Of a stretch of DNA of 64,000 nt, positions 55,632 to 64,000 are shown in pieces (position 1 is the first letter of the stretch; every line of letters starts with the position of its first letter). The translations under genes and the position numbers were made by a program. The notes under the pieces are model-generated. The model was not told the origin of the DNA, did no database searches, and saw nothing but the letters and a program-made list of their open reading frames with translations. The stretch covers positions 2,179,771 to 2,243,770 of the forward strand of contig OZ242252.1 in NCBI GenBank assembly GCA_965206955.1. Reading direction: 5' to 3'. Source of the stretch: Candidatus Foliamicus sp. Its GTDB lineage: Bacteria; Pseudomonadota; Gammaproteobacteria; Steroidobacterales; Foliamicaceae.

Positions 55632-55910
55632 ATGAAAGCCGCGCGCTGGCTGAAACGCGGGATTTATGTCCTGCTGCTGGTGCTGGTAGTTGCGCCGGCC
55701 GTCATCCTGGCGCTGCTGAATCGGGGCGAAGTGCATTTGGATCTGGCTTTCGCCGAAGTGGTCCTGTCCAAGCCGCTGGCGTTTACCGTCGCGTTCGGCC
55801 TGGGGTGGCTTTTCGGTCTGCTGTGTGCGGGCGGAGCCCTGATCAAACGGCGCAAGAATGCGAAGAAAGTCCGGCACGACTCGAAAGGAACTTCGCCGAC
55901 TGAAAGCTGA
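55632..55910 (+). CDS. lapA: LPS assembly protein LapA (DUF1049)
   Basis: Two TM helices, 92 aa, immediately upstream of lapB. Confidence 0.75.
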   Translation: MKAARWLKRGIYVLLLVLVVAPAVILALLNRGEVHLDLAFAEVVLSKPLAFTVAFGLGWLFGLLCAGGALIKRRKNAKKVRHDSKGTSPTES

Positions 55911-55919
55911 GGTTCGCTG

Positions 55920-57062
55920 ATGCCTCCCGATCTCCTGATCTCGCTAGCGGGCATCATATTTCTTGGGGTCGGTGTGGGCTATTGGTACGGCCGCTCCGGT
56001 GATTCCAACCGAGGTCTGCACTGGCGCTTCCGAGAGTACGCGGAGGAACTGCCCAAGCGATCCGAAAAAGCCGTAAGCGCCTATCTGCGCGAGGCGGAGA
56101 AAGACCGAAGGGAACCGGGCGCGGCTTTTGAGCTGGCTGCCTATTTTCGTTCCGGGGGCGATTGGCGCCGAGCACTTCAGATCCATGAATCACTGGCGTC
56201 CAGGGAGGATCTTGATGCCGCCACCCGCGCCCATGCCGGGTTGGAGATCGGCGACGACTATCGGGCCGCCGGAATGCTTGATCGGGCCGAGGAAGCCTAT
56301 GCCCGCACTGCCGAGTTCCTTCCCCTGCGCTTGAATGCCCTGGAGCGGCAACTGGGCGTTTGCGAACAATTGTCTGCCTGGGATCGGGCAGTGAATGTGG
56401 CCGAGCAGGTGCGCCAGGAGGATGCTGCTTTGGGATCGCGCCTCCGTTGCCACTACCTTTGCGAGTTGGCGGCCCTCGCCGTCCAGGAAGGAGATCTGCG
56501 CCAGGCGCGCGGTTGCTGGCGCAAAGCAGCACGGCGTGGCGGTAGTGCGGCGCGCCTGCTGGTTGATCGCGCCGTACTCGACACCGCAAACCCGGACAGG
56601 AGCCTCGCCGTTGCGGGCCGAAATCCCGGCGAAGCCGTGCTGATCCTATTGGGATTGTCCAAGACCCTTGACGTTACCTGGGAACGAGGGCTTCCAGCCC
56701 TCGAAGAGGAGTTGAATCAACTGCTGCAGAGTCAAGTTGCCGAAACGCCGGTCATAGGCCGCCCCCTTGCCTGCGCCGTTCTGCTTGCTCCGGAACTGTT
56801 GTGCGCCACGTCCGCCGAATGCCTGTTCGAAGCCTTGCAGGAGACGCTGCCCGCGTACGCAAAGATGTATGCCTCGGGCAAGCCGGCGGATTTCACCCGG
56901 AGTTCACTCAGGAAGCTCAGCAAGGACTTGCAGGCGGTAACTGGCGGCCCGCCGGGCTGGCGCTGCACGGTGTGCGGCAACCAGGACGAGGCCCACAATT
57001 GGCGCTGCGCGGAATGTGGAGCCTGGGAGGCTGCGCGGCTAATCTCGCCTCTTTCTCCCTGA
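55920..57062 (+). CDS. lapB: LPS assembly protein LapB/YciM (TPR plus rubredoxin-type zinc finger)
   Basis: N-terminal TM, ALQIHESL...IGDDYRAAGMLDRAEEAY, and C-terminal CTVCGNQDEAHNWRCAECGAWEA. It carries a REP hairpin in frame at 56678-56703. Confidence 0.9.
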   Translation: MPPDLLISLAGIIFLGVGVGYWYGRSGDSNRGLHWRFREYAEELPKRSEKAVSAYLREAEKDRREPGAAFELAAYFRSGGDWRRALQIHESLASREDLDAATRAHAGLEIGDDYRAAGMLDRAEEAYARTAEFLPLRLNALERQLGVCEQLSAWDRAVNVAEQVRQEDAALGSRLRCHYLCELAALAVQEGDLRQARGCWRKAARRGGSAARLLVDRAVLDTANPDRSLAVAGRNPGEAVLILLGLSKTLDVTWERGLPALEEELNQLLQSQVAETPVIGRPLACAVLLAPELLCATSAECLFEALQETLPAYAKMYASGKPADFTRSSLRKLSKDLQAVTGGPPGWRCTVCGNQDEAHNWRCAECGAWEAARLISPLSP

Positions 57063-57193
57063 ACTCAGCGGGCGGTCCTTTGTTGACAAACACGGGGCCT
57101 TTCAGCGTTTCTCTCTCTTGATCCGGGAACCAGACTTCCGCCCTGTTGCCGTTGCGAAATGCAACGGATCATCGACACAGAGGAGACGCACTC

Positions 57194-57481
57194 ATGAACA
57201 AGTGGATCATAGCGGTCATTGCCGCCCTGACGCCTTTCCTGGTGTTCGCCGGGCCCGTGAACGTGAACAAGGCGGATGCTGAGACTATCGCTCGCGAATT
57301 GCAGGGAGTCGGGCCGTCGAAGGCACGGGCTATCGTGGAGTATCGCGAGACAAACGGGCCTTTCGAATCGGTCAATGACCTGTTAAAGGTTCAAGGTATC
57401 GGCCCTAAAGTATTGGAAGATAACAAGAAGAATATACTTCTAGAGGACGATGCCGAGAGCGAGCCCGACGATTCTTCCTGA
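57194..57481 (+). CDS. ComEA-like helix-hairpin-helix DNA-binding periplasmic protein
   Basis: AGGAG RBS, signal peptide, VNVNKADAETIARELQGVGPSKARAIVEYRETNGPFESVNDLLKVQGIGPK. Confidence 0.9.
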   Translation: MNKWIIAVIAALTPFLVFAGPVNVNKADAETIARELQGVGPSKARAIVEYRETNGPFESVNDLLKVQGIGPKVLEDNKKNILLEDDAESEPDDSS

Positions 57482-57525
57482 TTTGGCGGCCTGACTGGAC
57501 ACCCCCCTCCCTGAGCAAGGGCTTG

Positions 57526-57554
57526 CGGCAGGTTTATCCTGCCGCCTTTTTTTC
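57526..57554 (+). terminator. intrinsic terminator after the comEA-like gene (overlaps the mscS 3' end)
   Basis: GCGGCAGG-tttat-CCTGCCGC followed by CTTTTTTT. Confidence 0.75.
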
Positions 57555-58865
57555 GGGTGTGGGAGGCGGCGGAAGTGCGCCGCTCCTGATGTGCAGATCG
57601 CGCTGGGGATAAGGGATTTCGACGCCGTTGTCCCGGAAAAGCCGCCATGCTTCAAGCATTACATCACTCTTGACGTTGGATACGCCACTGTTGGCGTCCT
57701 GAATCCAGAACCGGATCTCCAGCTCGATCGCTGAATCCCCGAAGGCCTTTACCAGGCAGCGGGGAGCAGGATCGGAGAGCACCCGTGGTTGACTGCTGGC
57801 AGCCTCCCTTCCCAGTCGAGTGGCCAGCTCCAGGTCGGTGCTGTAGTGGACACCCACCGGCACCCGTAAACGGGTATTGGCATCGGAATGGGTCCAGTTC
57901 GAAACCGGTTCGGTAATAAGCGTTTCGTTTGGAATCAGGTGTTCGATGCCGTCGCGGGTAATGATGGAAACATAGCGCGCTCCCAGCTTGTTCACCCAGC
58001 CGTAGGTATTCTCCACCGTGATCACGTCGCCTGGCTTGATCGACTTGTCCATCAACAGGATGACGCCGCTTATCAGGTTGGAGACAATTTTCTGCAGGCC
58101 GAAACCGATTCCGAAGCCCACCGCGCCACCGATGATTGCCAAGGCTGTCAGGTCGATGCCCGCCGCGCTAATGGAGATCAGTATCGCGAGGACATAGAGA
58201 CCGGTGCGCATTGTCTTGTTGAGAAGTACCCGACCCGCCGGCGATACCCAGTCAGCCTCCTTGAGTTGATCCTCCGTAACGCGGGATATGAATGCGGCCA
58301 GGCTCAGCAGCACCGCCAACAGCAGCGCAGTCGTGAGGACCTGATACAAACTCAGATTGAAATCGCCCAGGATCAGAGTGAAATCCGGTCCTTTCAGCGT
58401 CTCGATGGTCTTGCCCAGCAAGCCCCGGATGCTCAGCACGGCCATGCCGAAAGCAATGACCGCGGTTACCCGAGACAGCATGGGGTTGCGAATCAGGCGC
58501 GATACCAGGCGGACCACAATCCAGGCAAGTAGCAGGCTCTCGAGAATCTCGAGAATCCACGCGTTCACACCAAGGGCAAAGTAGATTCCAAACAGAATGC
58601 TGAGAAGAACAAACCAGATCAGCGGCCAGAGGAGCGGCTCCAGAACACGGCGCGTTCTCTCCCAACCCGGACGCGTTTCGCACCACGCGGCGATGGCAGG
58701 ATGCATCCGCCGGCTGATCAGAAGTGCGCAAGCAAACAACGCGCCGGCAAGGGCGAGCTGGGAAGAGCTCTCCAGCGCTGTAACACCCTCGGGGAGAAGC
58801 GCGAGGACTTTGTTCCAGGCGGACTGCAGCAGTGCCTTCAGTGTATCCACTGAGCCTGCCGCCAA
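57534..58865 (-). CDS. MscS-family mechanosensitive channel
   Basis: Multiple N-terminal TMs plus the conserved core LISGVILLMDKSIKPGDVITVENTYGWV. Confidence 0.9.
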   Translation of the reverse strand: MAAGSVDTLKALLQSAWNKVLALLPEGVTALESSSQLALAGALFACALLISRRMHPAIAAWCETRPGWERTRRVLEPLLWPLIWFVLLSILFGIYFALGVNAWILEILESLLLAWIVVRLVSRLIRNPMLSRVTAVIAFGMAVLSIRGLLGKTIETLKGPDFTLILGDFNLSLYQVLTTALLLAVLLSLAAFISRVTEDQLKEADWVSPAGRVLLNKTMRTGLYVLAILISISAAGIDLTALAIIGGAVGFGIGFGLQKIVSNLISGVILLMDKSIKPGDVITVENTYGWVNKLGARYVSIITRDGIEHLIPNETLITEPVSNWTHSDANTRLRVPVGVHYSTDLELATRLGREAASSQPRVLSDPAPRCLVKAFGDSAIELEIRFWIQDANSGVSNVKSDVMLEAWRLFRDNGVEIPYPQRDLHIRSGALPPPPTPEKKAAG

Positions 58866-58902
58866 TAGATGTCAGTCTTCAATCGATACTCGACGGGGAG
58901 GT

Positions 58903-58978
58903 TGGCTCCCCGGGCCGGACTCGAACCAGCGACAAATTGGTTAACAGCCAACCGCTCTACCAACTGAGCTACCGGGGA
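58903..58978 (-). tRNA. tRNA-Asn (anticodon GTT)
   Basis: Reverse complement TCCCCGGTAGCTCAGTTGGTAGAGCGGTTGGCTGTTAACCAATTTGTCGCTGGTTCGAGTCCGGCCCGGGGAGCCA folds as a cloverleaf by hand: 7-bp acceptor stem, anticodon loop CTGTTAA, TTCGAGT T-loop and encoded CCA. Confidence 0.95.
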
Positions 58979-59010
58979 AGCGCTGCGGAATTTTAGCCGC
59001 AACGGGCCGC

Positions 59011-60195
59011 TCACGCGAGCAGGCGCCCGATTCGCCGCATGGCTTCCTCAAGGTCGTCCATGCCGCAGGCGAAGGAAAAACGTAAATGTCCTTCGGCGCC
59101 GAAAGCAGCGCCGGGCACCAGCGCGACCTCGGCTTCCGACAGGAGCAACTCCGCCATCTGTGTGTCGTTCGACAAGCCCTTGGCCTGAATAGCTTCGCGG
59201 GCGTCGACAAACACATAGAAAGCGCCCTGGGCCGGCGCGCAGCGCATTCCCGGCAATGCGTTGACCGCCTCATACATGTATTCATAGCGTTCCATAAAGG
59301 CGTTGCGCATGGTCGTAAGTATCGATTGGTCGCCTTCGAGAGCGGCGACGGCGGCCGCCTGCGAGATGCTGCATGGATTGGAGGTGCTCTGACTGCAAAG
59401 CTTGCGCATGGCGTTGACCAGGTCCACGTTCGCCGCGGCGTAGCCGATTCGCCATCCGGTCATCGCGAATGCCTTGGAAACGCCGTTTATGGTGACGATC
59501 CGATCCTGCATCCCGGTCCAGACCTGGGCGGGCGTCAACCACGGCGTATCCCCCCAGTAGATGTGCTCGTATATATCATCGGATACGGCCACAACCTGGT
59601 CATGCCCGGCCAGAACCTCGCCCAGTGCCTGGAGTTCCGCGCGCGTGTAGCTTACGCCCGTAGGGTTGTTTGGCGTGTTGAAGAAAATCAATCGGGTCCG
59701 TTCGGTGATCGCGTCCTCGACTTGTTCGGGCGTAACCTTGTAATTCTCCTCCAGCCCGGCGGAAACGATGACCGGCTCGCCATCGCACAGCTTTACGATG
59801 TCAGGGTAGGAGACCCAGTACGGCGCCAATATGATCGCTTCGTCGCCCGGGTTCAGCAGCGCCGCGCAGACGTTATAGAGGACCTGCTTGGCGCCGGCGC
59901 CGACGGAAATTTCGGCGGGCTCGAAGTCAAGGCCGTTGTCGCGTTGGAACTTGTTGCAGATGGCGCGCTTAAGCGCCGGGGTGCCGTCGGCCGCGGTGTA
60001 TCGGGTGTCGCCGGCTTCCATCGCTTCAACCGCGGCGGCGCAAACGTGCGCGGGGGTGTCGAAGTCCGGTTCTCCGGCGCTCAGGCTGAGGACGTCCCGC
60101 CCGGCCGCGCGCATTTCCCGGGCCAGAGTGGATACGGCAATCGTGGCCGAAGGCTTTACGCGCTGCACTCGTTCGGAGAGCTTCATCGTACTCAT
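59011..60195 (-). CDS. class I/II PLP-dependent (aspartate) aminotransferase
   Basis: [16 protein letters not shown] and [13 protein letters not shown] (PLP lysine). 394 aa, divergent from uvrB. Confidence 0.9.
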   Translation of the reverse strand: MSTMKLSERVQRVKPSATIAVSTLAREMRAAGRDVLSLSAGEPDFDTPAHVCAAAVEAMEAGDTRYTAADGTPALKRAICNKFQRDNGLDFEPAEISVGAGAKQVLYNVCAALLNPGDEAIILAPYWVSYPDIVKLCDGEPVIVSAGLEENYKVTPEQVEDAITERTRLIFFNTPNNPTGVSYTRAELQALGEVLAGHDQVVAVSDDIYEHIYWGDTPWLTPAQVWTGMQDRIVTINGVSKAFAMTGWRIGYAAANVDLVNAMRKLCSQSTSNPCSISQAAAVAALEGDQSILTTMRNAFMERYEYMYEAVNALPGMRCAPAQGAFYVFVDAREAIQAKGLSNDTQMAELLLSEAEVALVPGAAFGAEGHLRFSFACGMDDLEEAMRRIGRLLA

Positions 60196-60236
60196 TGATA
60201 TGCCTGCTGCTAGTCTTGAGTGTGCATTTTATCGCC

Positions 60237-60264
60237 CCCTGGGAACGAGGGCAGCCTGCCCTCG
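60237..60264. repeat. single REP hairpin
   Basis: CCCTGGGAACGAGGGCAGCCTGCCCTCG. Confidence 0.85.
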
Positions 60265-60322
60265 TCACCCCGAACGGATATCTTATCGGCCGCGTTTGCC
60301 ACTGGAATGCTACAGTGCCGAA

Positions 60323-62359
60323 GTGAAGAAAGATTACTTCGATTTGCAGGCTGATTTTGAGTTGGCCGGGGACCAGCCGCAGGCCGTCGATGCCTTGTGC
60401 GAGGGGCTGGAGCAGGGCCTCGCCCGGCAGACCCTGTTGGGCGTGACCGGCTCCGGCAAGACCTTTTCCCTGGCCAACCTGGTGTCCCGTCAGCAGCGGC
60501 CGGCCCTGGTGCTGGCGCCGAACAAGACGCTTGCGGCACAACTCTACGGGGAATTTCGGGACTTCTTTCCCCGTAACCGGGTGGAGTACTTCGTGTCGTA
60601 CTACGACTATTACCAACCCGAAGCCTACGTTCCCACCACCGATACCTATATCGAGAAGGACGCCTCGATCAACAGTCATATCGAACAGATGCGGCTGTCG
60701 GCCACCAAGGCGCTGATGGAGCGCAAGGACACCATCGTGGTGGCTACAGTGTCCGCGATTTACGGGCTGGGCGACCCGGATACCTACTTTCAGATGATCC
60801 TGCACCTGGTGCGGGGTGACCGGATCAATCAGCGGGACCTCTTGAGGCGCCTGGCGGACCTTCAGTACACCCGCAACGAGGCGGAACTGCGCCAGGGAAC
60901 GTTTCGGGTGCGTGGAGAAGTCCTGGATATATTCCCGGCCGAATCGGAGCGCGACGCGGTCCGGGTGCAGCTGTTCGATGACGAAATCGAGGATATTCGT
61001 TTCTTTGATCCGCTGACGGGCGAGATGGCCCGGCGTGTTCCGCGAGTAACCATCTATCCCAAGACTCACTACGTCACTCCCCGCGAGACGCTGGAAGGAG
61101 CGATTGACAAGATCAAGAAGGAACTGCGTGAGCGCCTGAACGTGCTGCGCTCGGAACAAAAGCTGGTGGAAGCGCAGCGCCTGGAGCAACGAACCCTGTT
61201 CGACATTGAAATGATGCTGGAAGTCGGCTACTGCACCGGGATTGAGAACTACAGCCGCTATCTATCCGGGCGCAACCCGGGCGAACCGCCGCCCTGCCTG
61301 TTCGACTACGTGCCGGCCAATGCCTTGCTGTTCGTAGACGAAAGCCACGTGACGCTGCCGCAGCTGGGCGGCATGTTCCGGGGCGACCGTTCGCGTAAGG
61401 AAACCCTGGTTCAATACGGATTCCGCCTGCCCTCGGCGCTCGACAACCGGCCCTTGAGATTCGAGGAATTCGAGCGCATTTCACCCCAGACCATCTATGT
61501 CTCAGCGACGCCGGGGGCGTTCGAGCATGAGCATTGCGATGCTCTGGTTGAGCAGGTCGTGCGTCCCACCGGGCTGGTCGATCCGCAGGTGGACGTGCGC
61601 CCGGCGTCACGCCAGGTGGATGATGTCCTGTCCGAGATCGCCTTGCGGGTGGAACGCAAGGAACGCGTTCTGATTACCACGCTGACCAAGAGAATGTCCG
61701 AGGACCTGACGGAATTCATGGAGGAACATGGCGTTCGCGTGCGCTACCTGCACTCCGACATCGATACGGTGGAAAGGGTGGAAATCATCCGCGATTTGCG
61801 CCTGGGGGTGTTTGATGTACTGGTGGGCATTAACCTGTTGCGGGAGGGGCTGGACATGCCGGAAGTGTCGCTGGTGGCCATTTTCGATGCCGACAAGCAA
61901 GGCTTTCTGCGGTCCGAGCGTTCGCTGATTCAGACCATAGGACGCGCGGCGCGCAACCTCAACGGCATGGCCATCCTGTATGCCGACAAGAGCACCAGCG
62001 CGATCCGCGGGGCGTTGGAGGAAACCAACCGCCGCCGCGGCAGACAGCTGGAATTCAACCGGGAGTGGGGCATCGAGCCGCGCGGAATTCAGAAGGACGT
62101 GGCCGATATCATGGAGGGCGCGGTAGTCAGGGGACGCAGCCGGCGGCGACCGGCGCGGAGGGTTGCGGAGCGGATGTCCGAATACCGTGCACTGACGCCG
62201 GAACAGGTGATGAAGAAGATCAAGCAACTCGAGAAGCGCATGTATCGGCATGCGCAGGACCTGGAATTCGAGGAGGCTGCGTCGCTGCGCGACGAGATCA
62301 TGCTGCTGCGCCGTGATGGCCTGGGTATTCCCGACCAGGACAAAGCCTTGGCTTCCTGA
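60323..62359 (+). CDS. uvrB: excinuclease ABC subunit B
   Basis: [17 protein letters not shown], Walker [10 protein letters not shown] and a C-terminal UVR domain. GTG at 60323 gives ~678 aa. The ORF-track start at 59888 is antisense to the aminotransferase gene. Confidence 0.95.
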   Translation: MKKDYFDLQADFELAGDQPQAVDALCEGLEQGLARQTLLGVTGSGKTFSLANLVSRQQRPALVLAPNKTLAAQLYGEFRDFFPRNRVEYFVSYYDYYQPEAYVPTTDTYIEKDASINSHIEQMRLSATKALMERKDTIVVATVSAIYGLGDPDTYFQMILHLVRGDRINQRDLLRRLADLQYTRNEAELRQGTFRVRGEVLDIFPAESERDAVRVQLFDDEIEDIRFFDPLTGEMARRVPRVTIYPKTHYVTPRETLEGAIDKIKKELRERLNVLRSEQKLVEAQRLEQRTLFDIEMMLEVGYCTGIENYSRYLSGRNPGEPPPCLFDYVPANALLFVDESHVTLPQLGGMFRGDRSRKETLVQYGFRLPSALDNRPLRFEEFERISPQTIYVSATPGAFEHEHCDALVEQVVRPTGLVDPQVDVRPASRQVDDVLSEIALRVERKERVLITTLTKRMSEDLTEFMEEHGVRVRYLHSDIDTVERVEIIRDLRLGVFDVLVGINLLREGLDMPEVSLVAIFDADKQGFLRSERSLIQTIGRAARNLNGMAILYADKSTSAIRGALEETNRRRGRQLEFNREWGIEPRGIQKDVADIMEGAVVRGRSRRRPARRVAERMSEYRALTPEQVMKKIKQLEKRMYRHAQDLEFEEAASLRDEIMLLRRDGLGIPDQDKALAS

Positions 62360-62382
62360 ACCGCGAGCGCAGGAAGCCCTCC

Positions 62383-62547
62383 CCCTGGGAACGAGGGCTT
62401 CCCCCCTGGGAACGAGGGCTTCCAGCCCTCGACGAGGGCAAGATGCCCTCGCTCCTAGCGTGTTCCCTATGCATCAGCACAGCGGTACCCGCGGCGAGTG
62501 CTCCCAGCGAAGCCCTCCCCCCTGGGAACGAGGGCTTCCAGCCCTCA
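62383..62547. repeat. REP composite (third copy of the MITE-like architecture)
   Basis: REP pair, then GTGTTCCCTATGCATCAGCAC...GCTCCCAG, then CCTGGGAACGAGGGCTTCCAGCCCTC. Confidence 0.85.
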
Positions 62548-62638
62548 ACCCCCGTAGCCCAACGCACCACACACAACAAGCCCGACCGCCACACGGACCG
62601 CACAACCTATAATTATCCGACAATTCGGCAGGTGAAGA

Positions 62639-63379
62639 ATGCGAATGAAATTACTGCGAAAAATTGCGCCGGCCATGTTGCTGCTGGTTCCCATTGCACT
62701 CTATTCCGACGATTCCAGTAACGCGGAAGCCGATATCGCCCACCTTAAGGAGCAATACGCGAGCGTAGACGAGGTCCGCACAACGCCCTTGCCTGGCGTG
62801 TATGAAATGCGTTTTGGCTATCGGCTGGCATACGTGGACGCCACCGGGCGCTTTGCTTTCCTGGGCTCGGGGGATCTTCAGGATGTTTCCACCGGCACCA
62901 ACCTGTCGGAGGAGAGGCGTGCGGAATTGCGGCGTGAACTGATGGCGAGCCTGGATGAATGGGACACGCTGGATTTTCTTCCCGAAGACACCCAGCACGA
63001 ACTACTCGTGTTTACCGACGTGGATTGCGGCTATTGCCGGCGGCTGCACCAGCAGATGGCCGACTACCATCGGCTGGGAATCGGTGTGCGTTACCTGGCT
63101 TTCCCGCGCTCCGGCCCGGATTCCGATACCTGGACCACCATGCAGTCCATCTGGTGCGCCGATGACCGCTCCGCTGCCCTGACCCGGGCCAAGACGGGCG
63201 GATTTACGCCGGAACGCGAATGCGATTCAGTATCTGTCAAGCGGCACTATGAACTGGGCGCGGACATCGGCCTGTCCGGGACCCCGGCGCTGGTTACCTC
63301 GACCGGCCGCCTGATTCCGGGCTATGTGCAGCCGGCCCGCCTGGCCGCCATATTGAACGAGGAGCAGCAAGCCGAATAA
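62639..63379 (+). CDS. dsbC: DsbC/DsbG-family thiol:disulfide interchange protein
   Basis: Signal peptide and active site FTDVDCGYCRRLH. 246 aa. Confidence 0.85.
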   Translation: MRMKLLRKIAPAMLLLVPIALYSDDSSNAEADIAHLKEQYASVDEVRTTPLPGVYEMRFGYRLAYVDATGRFAFLGSGDLQDVSTGTNLSEERRAELRRELMASLDEWDTLDFLPEDTQHELLVFTDVDCGYCRRLHQQMADYHRLGIGVRYLAFPRSGPDSDTWTTMQSIWCADDRSAALTRAKTGGFTPERECDSVSVKRHYELGADIGLSGTPALVTSTGRLIPGYVQPARLAAILNEEQQAE

Positions 63380-63493
63380 GAAAAATTCCTGATCATGGTA
63401 AGAGGATGAGCGCCGAGCTGCGTCTTAGCGACGCGGCGTGTAGGTGAGAGGAGTGTAAAGGGTAAGGGTTGAAAAAATCCGTGCTCTCCTCTA

Positions 63494-63514
63494 TAGTCTG
63501 ACTTGGTCAGACTA
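63494..63514. promoter_or_regulatory. 9-bp inverted repeat, putative operator of the Phd/VapC module
   Basis: TAGTCTGAC-ttg-GTCAGACTA lies directly upstream of the RBS (AAAGGAG) of the antitoxin. Confidence 0.5.
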
Positions 63515-63531
63515 TGCAAAGGAGTGAACGG

Positions 63532-63777
63532 ATGGAATTGATGCTTACACTCAGTGACGCCAAGGCGCGCCTGTCGGAAATCGTCAAGAAGGCGGTTGAT
63601 GGCGAGGAGTTTGTTATTACCCGGATGGGAAGGCCGGCAGTCAGGATTAGCCGCTACGAACCTAGGCGCAACGTTCCGAGAATCGGCGACTTGGAAGGCC
63701 AAGTTCGGATAGCAGATGATTTTGACCGCTGGCCTCCCGAGATTGCAGAGGCACTCGGCCTTGCGGATTCCAAATGA
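63532..63777 (+). CDS. Phd/YefM-family antitoxin
   Basis: MELMLTLSDAKARLSEIVKKAVDGEEFVITRMGRPAVRI. The stop overlaps the toxin start (ATGA). Confidence 0.85.
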   Translation: MELMLTLSDAKARLSEIVKKAVDGEEFVITRMGRPAVRISRYEPRRNVPRIGDLEGQVRIADDFDRWPPEIAEALGLADSK

Positions 63778-64000
63778 GATATCTGCTCGATACCCATATT
63801 TTGCTATGGGCTCGCGCCGCGCCGGGTAATCTATCGAGAGATGTGTTGGCGATTCTTCAATCGGCTGACAATGAGCTTTACGTCAGCGTGGCGACACTGT
63901 GGGAATGTGCAATCAAGGCCTCAATCGGAAAACTGGAGGTACCGGCTGATTTCTATCGCATTGTGGCCAGCGACTACCACATAGTCACTGTGGAAGTCGC
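63774..64000 (+). CDS. PIN-domain (VapC-type) toxin, 3' end beyond window
   Basis: Manual translation gives MRYLLDTHILLWARAAPGNLSRDVLAILQSADNELYVSVATLWECAIKASIGKL... Confidence 0.8.
   Translation, partial: MRYLLDTHILLWARAAPGNLSRDVLAILQSADNELYVSVATLWECAIKASIGKLEVPADFYRIVASDYHIVTVEV

Noticed and set aside
59086-61189. 370-aa plus ORF (59086-60198) and 387-aa minus ORF (60026-61189)
   Set aside because: Antisense to the aminotransferase gene and to uvrB respectively.

Overview
GC-rich chromosomal segment with gammaproteobacterial-type gene order. The core backbone is a two-component pair, a dadA-like/hydroxyacid dehydrogenase/dehydratase operon, ppk-ppx, sixA, gyrA-serC-serA-aroA-cmk-rpsA-ihfB-lapA-lapB, comEA-like, mscS, tRNA-Asn, aspC-like, uvrB and dsbC. 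Accessory material is interspersed. (1) A tightly coupled three-gene operon at 25945-29264 encodes a MotA/ExbB-like channel, a degenerate Hsp70-like protein with a C-terminal FHA domain, and an ExbD/TolR-like TM helix fused to a coiled coil and a vWA domain. Two HicAB modules bracket it, and I consider it the best candidate for an undescribed system. (2) An envelope signalling cluster at 7156-15269 encodes a Gly/Ser-heptad lipoprotein, a second lipoprotein, a Hanks Ser/Thr kinase and an FHA-like/PEGA/FGE-sulfatase protein. (3) A ~2.6 kb island of toxin-antitoxin genes sits between a truncated and a full copy of the gyrA promoter and 5' end. (4) An IS1634-family element with a 39-bp target duplication is inserted in a terminator. 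(5) Three large TonB-dependent receptors are present, one frameshifted by a 34-bp tandem duplication. (6) A very abundant REP/BIME-like hairpin repeat family (GAGGGC-N5-GCCCTC) occupies at least 17 loci, including an 11-unit 29-bp tandem array, and intrudes into several reading frames. All calls come from reading the sequence and the ORF translations. No database search was run.
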